Assembly (NCBI GenBank): GCA_025463135.1 | Contig: JAOAPY010000011.1 | Coordinates: 190,024-214,023, forward strand | Source: Acidobacteriota bacterium | GTDB lineage: Bacteria; Acidobacteriota; Blastocatellia; Pyrinomonadales; Pyrinomonadaceae | Length of the DNA: 24,000 nt | Direction: 5' to 3' | In this document: positions 14,931 through 21,357 of the stretch, piece by piece | How the letters are laid out: each line of letters starts with the position of its first letter | Numbering within the stretch: position 1 is the first letter of the stretch | Translations under genes and position numbers: made by a program | Notes under the pieces: model-generated | Told to the model about the DNA's origin: nothing | Database searches by the model: none | What the model saw: the letters and a program-made list of their open reading frames with translations, nothing else

Positions 14931-14955
14931 TACCACGCGGCTGAAGCCGTTGGTA
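14931..14955. repeat. CTGAAG-centred palindrome/hairpin immediately downstream of the STAND gene
   Basis: TACCA-CG-CGGCTGAAGCCG-T-TGGTA. The inner 12-nt palindrome CGGCTGAAGCCG sits at 14938-14949. No T-run follows. Confidence 0.4.
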
Positions 14956-15011
14956 TCAGAGTCTCGACACCGACTCAATCGGCCCAGGACAATTCTTAGA
15001 ACTTTCCTCAG

Positions 15012-15041
15012 TTGCTTCACAAACACGCGCGCATGTAATAT
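15012..15041 (+). promoter_or_regulatory. Candidate sigma70-like promoter for lpxA (TTGCTT - 18 nt - TAATAT)
   Basis: TTGCTT at 15012-15017, an 18-nt spacer, TAATAT at 15036-15041. The -10 ends 19 nt before ATG 15061. Match made by eye only. Confidence 0.3.
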
Positions 15042-15060
15042 CCCGCCGCCTGCTGCTTTC

Positions 15061-15897
15061 ATGACCATCCATTCCACAGCGACAGTTCATCCGACGGCGA
15101 TCATCGGTTCGCAGGCGGCGATCGGACCCCAGGTGCAGGTTGGTCCATATGCGGTGATCGAAGACGAAGTTGTGATTGGCGCCGGATGCATAATCGGTGC
15201 GCATGCGGTTATCAAACGATTTACCTCACTCGGCGCGCGCAATCGTGTGTTTGAGCATACCGTGCTCGGCGGCGAGCCCCAGGATGTAAAGTTCAAGGGC
15301 CAGACGAGCAGTTTGATCATCGGTGACGATAATTTAATTCGCGAGTTCTGCACGTTGCACCGCGCCAATGGCGAAGGCGAAATTACGCGCATCGGTTCGC
15401 GCAATTTTCTAATGGTCGGCGTGCACATCGCACACAACTGCACGATCTGCGACGACAACATTTTTGCTAATGATGTGGCCCTGGCGGGTCACATTATCAT
15501 TGAAGACCGCGTGTTCCTTTCCAATAACGTTGGTGCACATCAATTCGTGCGGTTCGGACGCTGTGCGATGATTGGTGGTAAGTCAAAAATCGTACAGGAC
15601 GTGTTGCCTTTCTTCATCACCGACGGGAATCCAGCGCGTGTGCGCGGAGTGAATTCCGTGGGTTTGCGGCGCGCGGGTTTTTCAACCGAGACACGGCAGG
15701 CTCTGAAGGAGGCTTATCGGCTGCTGTTCAGGTCAGACCTTTCATTAGAAACGGCGCTCAACCATCTCGAACAGATTCCCGATGACAATGTCACTCATCT
15801 GGTAAACTTCATCCGCGAGTCCAAGCGCGGTTTCACGAGGAGTGCGAGGAGAAAAGACGGTGGGCTGGAGGCAGAAACCCTCGCCTTTGAAAAGTAA
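15061..15897 (+). CDS. lpxA: Acyl-ACP--UDP-N-acetylglucosamine O-acyltransferase
   Basis: Left-handed beta-helix hexapeptide repeats starting MTIHSTATVHPTAIIGSQAAIGPQVQVGPYAVIEDEVVIGAGCIIG. Also present are LGGEPQDVKFKG and the C-terminal helical domain GVNSVGLRRAGFSTETRQALKEAYRLLFRS. ATG 15061 gives a typical length of 278 aa; the ORF-track start at 14950 adds a non-homologous extension. Confidence 0.92.
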   Translation: MTIHSTATVHPTAIIGSQAAIGPQVQVGPYAVIEDEVVIGAGCIIGAHAVIKRFTSLGARNRVFEHTVLGGEPQDVKFKGQTSSLIIGDDNLIREFCTLHRANGEGEITRIGSRNFLMVGVHIAHNCTICDDNIFANDVALAGHIIIEDRVFLSNNVGAHQFVRFGRCAMIGGKSKIVQDVLPFFITDGNPARVRGVNSVGLRRAGFSTETRQALKEAYRLLFRSDLSLETALNHLEQIPDDNVTHLVNFIRESKRGFTRSARRKDGGLEAETLAFEK

Positions 15898-15907
15898 GAG
15901 TGCAAGT

Positions 15908-16037
15908 TTCCCGCAAAGGTGCAAAGCGCGCAAAGAATGCAATCCTGTGACCAGATACCTAAGGATGCACCAGGCGCCTATTATCAAGAGCGATTGAATG
16001 CTCGGTTCTTCTTTGCGTGTTTACGCCTCTGCGGGAA
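15908..16037. repeat. Long imperfect inverted repeat (about 30-nt arms, about 71-nt spacer) in the lpxA-lpxD intergenic region
   Basis: Arm 1 is TTCCCGCAAAGGTGCAAAGCGCGCAAAGAA (15908-15937). The reverse complement of arm 2 (16009-16037) is TTCCCGCAGAGGCGTAAACACGCAAAGAA. The arms are roughly 80 percent identical by eye. Confidence 0.55.
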
Positions 16038-16078
16038 CCACTTGTTTACGCTACCCAAAATGGGTCGTTTGATATTCG

Positions 16079-17131
16079 ATGAACCACTCCAATCAGCTTG
16101 CTGTCTCTGAACTCGCCGCTCATGTGGGCGGCAGTGTCATCGGCGATGGCAGTGCCTTGATTCAACGAGTCGCCAGCCTCGACGCCGCCGGCGCCGGTGA
16201 TATCGCCTACGTCGAAGACGAGAAGTTCTTTGCGGCCGCAAACTCGAGCAGAGCATCCTGTGTAATCGTCCCCACGGGCGCCGGCGTGAAAGCGCCTTGT
16301 CGCATTGAAGTCAAGCGCCCGAAACTCGCCTTTGCCTTAATTGCCGAACTGCTTCACCCCGCTAAGAAATGCTCTCCGTCCATTCATCCTACTGCCGTGA
16401 TAGCTGAAAGCGCGGCGGTTGACGAGAGCGCCTGGCTTGGCCCACACGTCGTCATCGAGGATTACGCTCGCGTGGGCGCGGAAACGCGCATCGAGGCCGG
16501 CGTGGTCGTCGGCGCCAACGTCACGGTCGGTCGCGCCTGCGTATTGCATCCAAACGTGGTGCTCTATGACGGCGTCACGATCGGTGATCGAGTGATTCTG
16601 CATGCAGGTGTTTGCATTGGAGCGGATGGTTTTGGCTATGTGCGCGGCGATATGGGCTATCACAAATTTCCGCAAATCGGCACCGCTGTAATCGAAGATG
16701 ATGTGGAGCTGGGTGCGTATACTTGTGTGGATCGCGGCGCGCTGGGCCGCACGCGGATCGGGCGCGGCACCAAGCTGGATAACCTGGTCCACGTGGGCCA
16801 CAATTGCGACATCGGCGAACGCGTGGTGATTGCCGCGCAAACCGGAATTTCGGGCAGCGTAATTATCGAAGATGACTGCGTCATCGGCGGCCAGGTGGGC
16901 TTTGGCGACCACATTCGCGTGCTAAGCGGCGCCGTGATTGGTTCAAAAGCGGGAGTACTGCCGGGCAAGATCGTGCGGCCCGGTGTCTGGTGGGGCATTC
17001 CTATTCAGCCCCTCGATGAATACAAGCGTCTTCATGCCCATCTCGGCCGCTTGCCGCATTTGCGCGACGAATTGAAGGAGCTGCGCGAACGTGTGAAGGA
17101 GTTGGAACGGAAGCTCGTGCGGGACAAGTAG
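16079..17131 (+). CDS. lpxD: UDP-3-O-acylglucosamine N-acyltransferase
   Basis: N-terminal uridine-binding domain (LAVSELAAHVGGSVIGDG...IAYVEDEKF...ASCVIVP), a long hexapeptide-repeat beta-helix containing GADGFGY and VHVGHNC, and a C-terminal helix. Confidence 0.92.
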   Translation: MNHSNQLAVSELAAHVGGSVIGDGSALIQRVASLDAAGAGDIAYVEDEKFFAAANSSRASCVIVPTGAGVKAPCRIEVKRPKLAFALIAELLHPAKKCSPSIHPTAVIAESAAVDESAWLGPHVVIEDYARVGAETRIEAGVVVGANVTVGRACVLHPNVVLYDGVTIGDRVILHAGVCIGADGFGYVRGDMGYHKFPQIGTAVIEDDVELGAYTCVDRGALGRTRIGRGTKLDNLVHVGHNCDIGERVVIAAQTGISGSVIIEDDCVIGGQVGFGDHIRVLSGAVIGSKAGVLPGKIVRPGVWWGIPIQPLDEYKRLHAHLGRLPHLRDELKELRERVKELERKLVRDK

Positions 17132-17153
17132 GGGCGGACACAAAGGTCAGCAA

Positions 17154-18326
17154 CTACTGCCATTCGTCAAGTCTCTTCAAAACGACTTCCGCGGCGCGCC
17201 GTGAGGCGCCGCCATCACCGAGACGCGCTGCGACCTCGTGTAATTTTATCTTCATTGCCTGGTTTTGTTCTGGTTTCAGCAGCGCCAACAGCTCCGCCCC
17301 TAATTTCTCGCCATTCAGATCGTTCTGCATCAGCTCAGTCACGACCCGCTTGCCCGCAACGAGATTAACCAATCCAAAGTGATCGGCGGTGATCAAACGA
17401 CCGAGCGTGTGCCAGTTGACTGGTGATTCCTTGTAAACAATTACCATTGGCGTGCCGAGGATCGCGGCTTCCAGAGTTGCCGTGCCGCTGGCTATGGCTG
17501 CCGCGTCTGCTGCGGCCAGCGCTTCGCGTGTTTCGTGATGGATGACTCGCAGTGTGGGCAATTCTTTATGTGCAGCGGCAACGATCTGTTTTGCTTCCGC
17601 AAGTGAGCGGCTTGGTGCGACTACCATCACGAACTGCACTTCTGGTTGCGCTGTCGCGATCACAGCTGAGGCATCAAGCATGGGAGGCAGAATGCGCAGC
17701 AATTCTTTATGGCGGCTGCCGGGCAAGAGAGCGATGATTGGGCGCGCAGGGTCCAAATCGTTCGCCGTACAGAACTCTGTGCGGCTGTAACGCGCGCGAA
17801 CCTCTCCCGCCAGAGGATGGCCCACGTATTCGATCTGCTGCATCCCGCGTTCAGCAAACCAATCAACTTCAAAGGGCATGATGGAAAGCAATAGATCAAC
17901 GTCGCGCCGGATCTGAGCGACGCGATAGGAACGCCAGGCCCAGACCTGCGGACTTATGTAATAGATGACCCGCAGACCCCGCCGGTGCAGAGCCCTGGCA
18001 AGCCGCAGGTTGAACTCAGGCCAGTCAACCAGGACAACAGCGTCGGGCTTTTTTTCAATGGCCGCGTTTTTTAGCCGCTTGAAGGCGCGCAGGAATTTGG
18101 GAAAGACGCGACCGACCTCGACGATGCCCATGATAGCGAGCTCATCTGAGTTTACGATCGTCTCAACTCCTGCTGAGCGCATCGCTGGACCAGTAGCTCC
18201 AAAAAATTCGATCTGCGTGGTGGGCGCTACCTCGTGTAAGGCATGCACAAGTGAGGCAGCGTGCGCGTCGCCGGAGGGCTCACCGGCGACGATCATTAAA
18301 CGAAAGTGTGAAGTGTCGTGGGTCAT
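17154..18326 (-). CDS. lpxB: Lipid-A-disaccharide synthase
   Basis: The N-terminus ...MIVAGEPSGDAHAASLVHAL, together with DWPEFNLRLA, YYISPQVWAWR, LLPGSRHKEL and ASGTATLEAAILGTPMVIVYK, forms the LpxB (GT19) hallmarks. The start is either ATG 18326 or the internal Met 10 codons downstream. Confidence 0.92.
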   Translation of the reverse strand: MTHDTSHFRLMIVAGEPSGDAHAASLVHALHEVAPTTQIEFFGATGPAMRSAGVETIVNSDELAIMGIVEVGRVFPKFLRAFKRLKNAAIEKKPDAVVLVDWPEFNLRLARALHRRGLRVIYYISPQVWAWRSYRVAQIRRDVDLLLSIMPFEVDWFAERGMQQIEYVGHPLAGEVRARYSRTEFCTANDLDPARPIIALLPGSRHKELLRILPPMLDASAVIATAQPEVQFVMVVAPSRSLAEAKQIVAAAHKELPTLRVIHHETREALAAADAAAIASGTATLEAAILGTPMVIVYKESPVNWHTLGRLITADHFGLVNLVAGKRVVTELMQNDLNGEKLGAELLALLKPEQNQAMKIKLHEVAARLGDGGASRRAAEVVLKRLDEWQ

Positions 18327-18334
18327 CCAAAACT

Positions 18335-18478
18335 GTCCGACAATCTTCAGATTGTCGATCTATTTACCACAGACTGCCGGCCCATAGATCGCGGCTCTAC
18401 AGGCCGGCAGCCTGTTGGTCTCATTTATTGCGCGAACTTTAGAGACAGGACACTAGCGACAAACTGAAGTTTGTCGGA
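18335..18478. repeat. Composite palindromic (REP/MITE-like) element, copy 1
   Basis: Terminal hairpins are GTCCGACAATCTTCAGATTGTCG (18335-18357) and CGACAAACTGAAGTTTGTCGGAC (18457-18479), which are inverted copies of each other. The internal module is CTGCCGGCC (18374-18382) ... CTACAGGCCGGCAGCCTGT (18397-18415). Confidence 0.7.
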
Positions 18479-18488
18479 CGCAAATCGG

Positions 18489-19388
18489 TCATTTCTTTTT
18501 TAGCCAGATACTGCCGCCGGTATTCTTCTGTACCAGGGGCATCTCGCGAAAATACTTTTCTTTATGAAACCAATCGATGAAGGTATTAAACAATTGAATC
18601 TGAAACCGATCGTTGTATTGCAGGAAGGCCCTCAATAAATAAGTTTCGTTCCAGGCCCGTCCTTCGTAAACCCACTCGAGTGGATACTCAAACGGATAAA
18701 AGATGTCGTGGAAGTGTATGAAGACCCCGCCGGCCAGCAACGGCAGAATGCGAAAGAAGATGTGATTGACGTCGCTGTCTATTTTTGCCACGTGGCTTGA
18801 ATCGATGAAGAGAATGTCGTTCGCCTGCAGCTGCGCAAATACGTCGGAGGCGACTTCCTGCAGCGGCCTTTCCAGCAAGGTGATTTTTTCTGCGTCCCCA
18901 TCCCTTAGCAGCAAACGCAGCAGTTGCGGTTGGGGCTCGATGAAGGTGCAGTCGATGGAATTCCCAAAAAAGAGTTCGTTCGTATCCAGAATCGCGGCCG
19001 AAGAATAACCGGAGCCGACCTCGATGATTCGGCGCGGGCGCAGGTGTCGAATCATGCAGTAAAGCAGGATCGCGTCTGCGTAAGAATAGGCGGGGTTCTC
19101 AAACCAATAGCGACGATCGGCGGTCTTCCGGGCGTTGAAAGGCTGCTCGTTGTAAAACTCGCGCAGTTGATCGAACAGCTGCAGTTGACCTTCCTCGTTG
19201 AGGTCGAGGCCGGGCATTTCATGCGGCACAGTGTAGATTTCTTTCTCTCGTCGCAGGACCTGATCGCGAGCAGGTATCGGCGACAGGACATCGCCGGGGG
19301 GCGCCCACATGCGATAACGCTCCAGTTCGCGCTTACACTCTTCAAGCTCGGCGCGCAGATGCTCGATTTCGGATGGGTGTTCGGTCAT
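18489..19388 (-). CDS. Class I SAM-dependent methyltransferase (Methyltransf_24-like) with an N-terminal coiled coil
   Basis: The SAM-binding motif I is RRIIEVGSGYSSAAILD, with acidic post-I/II motifs (CTFIEPQP, ILFIDSSH). The N-terminal segment is EIEHLRAELEECKRELERY. ATG 19388 (MTEHPSE) is preferred because the longer ORF would overlap the upstream gene. Confidence 0.75.
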   Translation of the reverse strand: MTEHPSEIEHLRAELEECKRELERYRMWAPPGDVLSPIPARDQVLRREKEIYTVPHEMPGLDLNEEGQLQLFDQLREFYNEQPFNARKTADRRYWFENPAYSYADAILLYCMIRHLRPRRIIEVGSGYSSAAILDTNELFFGNSIDCTFIEPQPQLLRLLLRDGDAEKITLLERPLQEVASDVFAQLQANDILFIDSSHVAKIDSDVNHIFFRILPLLAGGVFIHFHDIFYPFEYPLEWVYEGRAWNETYLLRAFLQYNDRFQIQLFNTFIDWFHKEKYFREMPLVQKNTGGSIWLKKK

Positions 19389-19425
19389 TGGTATAGAGAC
19401 TCTGTCTGACCACAGCGTCCGTTGA

Positions 19426-21225
19426 CTATTCCACCGCCACCGTCGCCACACGAAGCCCCAGTTGTCTTTGGTCCGGGCCTACACCTAATGATGCCGGGGT
19501 GGCGGCGCCCAGAACCTGGAAGTCCAGAATGTTTTTCGCGCGCAAACTGTTTGCTGGTAGTGAAAGAACATAATCCGACAACTCAGAATTCTTCAACGTC
19601 ACAGTCGTTAAGGTTTGTTCATTGAGTTTGAACGTCACTCGCTGCTCGTCCAGTTTCCCCGGCGCCAAAAATGGCGCCATCCTTATCTTCAGAGTCAACG
19701 GCCTGATCTCATTCAAAGAAAAGATCATGGTTGCATGCGTCGCGTTGGTCCAACGACTTTCCGGCTCCGCGATGCTCCAGCCATACCAAAGATACTGGTC
19801 CGCGTCACGAGTAGTGAAGTTAATCTCCTTTTCGAGGAGCGGCACATTGGGTGGGAAGGGCGGGGGAATGAGCCCGGCCAGGAATTGTGGTTGGCGCCAG
19901 TCCCAGATTCGTTCGGGTTTCAAATCAACATTTTCCGGCAGAGAATTCCAGATAGAGGTCGCCGGCGAAATCGCACCACGAGCATGGATAAAGATACCGG
20001 CACAAAGTAACACCAGGCCAACAGCCTGGGTCATCACCAATTCAAAACGCCCGATGGCCGGCGCGCCCGCTCGAGTCTCGAGCAGCGCGCTTAATCCGAG
20101 TATCGACAGCAGCACCAACCACGGCACAAACGCAGTCATCAGCCTTGGTCCATAACTGTGGCCACCCCACCAGTGATCGAAACCGGAGATCACGATTAGC
20201 TGTGAAACCATCGCCGCCATCGCCAGCACTACCAAACGGGGGTGCGGCAACTGCCGGCGAAATCTTAGGAGCAGATAAAGAACGAAGATCACTGCCGGCA
20301 CGAATATCAACAGACCGCGCGAAGGACTTATCAGATTCCCCGGCAAGGCGGTCCAGAACTTTCCAAACAACAAGCGACCCGGACGGAAATAGTTTGGCAG
20401 CAGCTGTCCAAAGTTATGCCGGGAATAGATCACCAGCCCCGCGGCCCAAGCAAAACCGGTCACCACATACGCAATTACTTGTCGCCTGTTAAGGACGAAC
20501 AGCAGATAGAAACTGATGGCCAACACATGCACCGCATAGCTGGGATAAACAAGATAAGCCCAGGCGAGCAGACTGGCGAGCAGCACCGGACGCAATCGAC
20601 TCTTTTTTGCTTCATGCGCCAGCAGGGAAAAGATCACCAGGCTCAGCAGCAGTACCGCCCAGGTATCCGTGAACATGGCGCGCGACGCCGTGCTCCAGAT
20701 CTGTGTTCCCAAAGCTCCACCCAAAGTTACCAGCAGACTGTAACGAAGCGGCAGCAGTAGCTGGGCCAGATAAAAAAAGATCGCCGTCAATACAGCCATC
20801 AGAAAGGCCGCCAGCAGCGATTCAATTTTTGTCTCACCCGCAAGATTGAATGAGTTGTCCGGCTTTACCGTCGATATTCCGAAAGCGTTGGCCAACAGCA
20901 CGAAGGGCGTGGAGAGGACCGATGAACCGGGCGGAAAGAAATAATAAAGGTGCGGACCCACCTGCTCGATTTGATAGATATCGCCATTTTGCACGTAGTC
21001 TCCGCGTGCAAGCGGCGGCAGACGAGGTACCGCGTAGTGGTCCAACCGGAAACTGTGATGGTCGAGCAGGCATTGGCTCACCATCATCGAATACTTTGAA
21101 TCATTGATCGGATGCAGGCGCGATGATTTGAAGATCAAAAAGGCGAGCAGAAAAATGATGACGGCGATCACATGACGATTTTGAAGCAGGCCGGGCACGC
21201 CGCGAATAATAGCAGAGTCCGACAA
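19426..21225 (-). CDS. Polytopic GT-C-fold membrane glycosyltransferase (ArnT/PMT_2-like) with a C-terminal soluble domain
   Basis: About 12 hydrophobic helices. The first-loop motif INDSKYSMMVSQCL resembles the D-E-x-R-Y...L motif of ArnT/PMT_2 enzymes. The C-terminal ~170 aa carry a YLWYGWSIAEPESRWTNATHATMIF motif. The annotated TTG start lies inside a repeat hairpin and has no Shine-Dalgarno, so the true start may be downstream. Confidence 0.6.
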   Translation of the reverse strand: MSDSAIIRGVPGLLQNRHVIAVIIFLLAFLIFKSSRLHPINDSKYSMMVSQCLLDHHSFRLDHYAVPRLPPLARGDYVQNGDIYQIEQVGPHLYYFFPPGSSVLSTPFVLLANAFGISTVKPDNSFNLAGETKIESLLAAFLMAVLTAIFFYLAQLLLPLRYSLLVTLGGALGTQIWSTASRAMFTDTWAVLLLSLVIFSLLAHEAKKSRLRPVLLASLLAWAYLVYPSYAVHVLAISFYLLFVLNRRQVIAYVVTGFAWAAGLVIYSRHNFGQLLPNYFRPGRLLFGKFWTALPGNLISPSRGLLIFVPAVIFVLYLLLRFRRQLPHPRLVVLAMAAMVSQLIVISGFDHWWGGHSYGPRLMTAFVPWLVLLSILGLSALLETRAGAPAIGRFELVMTQAVGLVLLCAGIFIHARGAISPATSIWNSLPENVDLKPERIWDWRQPQFLAGLIPPPFPPNVPLLEKEINFTTRDADQYLWYGWSIAEPESRWTNATHATMIFSLNEIRPLTLKIRMAPFLAPGKLDEQRVTFKLNEQTLTTVTLKNSELSDYVLSLPANSLRAKNILDFQVLGAATPASLGVGPDQRQLGLRVATVAVE

Positions 21226-21328
21226 ACTTCAGTTTGTCGTTGTGTAGCACAAGCTGCCAGCCTGTGCACGTAAGCACCTACAGGCCGGCAGGCCTGTAGT
21301 ACAGTCATCGACAAACTGAAGTTTGTCG
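21217..21328. repeat. Composite palindromic (REP/MITE-like) element, copy 2
   Basis: Terminal hairpins are GTCCGACAAACTTCAGTTTGTCG (21217-21239) and CGACAAACTGAAGTTTGTCG (21309-21328). The internal module is CTGCCAGCCTGT (21254-21265) ... CTACAGGCC-GGCA-GGCCTGTAG, a perfect 9-bp hairpin at 21278-21299. Confidence 0.7.
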
Positions 21329-21357
21329 AACATCCGCTACGTTCTTTTTGCCGCTTC

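Noticed and set aside
15919-16110. 63-aa plus-strand ORF between lpxA and lpxD (…FFFACLRLCG…)
   Set aside because: It is a translation of the inverted-repeat arm and runs into the lpxD start out of frame. It is not credible as a gene.
16337-16998. Long antisense ORFs (191 and 112 aa) within lpxD, and similar ones in lpxA (15087-15461)
   Set aside because: Hexapeptide-repeat genes characteristically give long open antisense frames. The LpxD and LpxA assignments on the plus strand are unambiguous.
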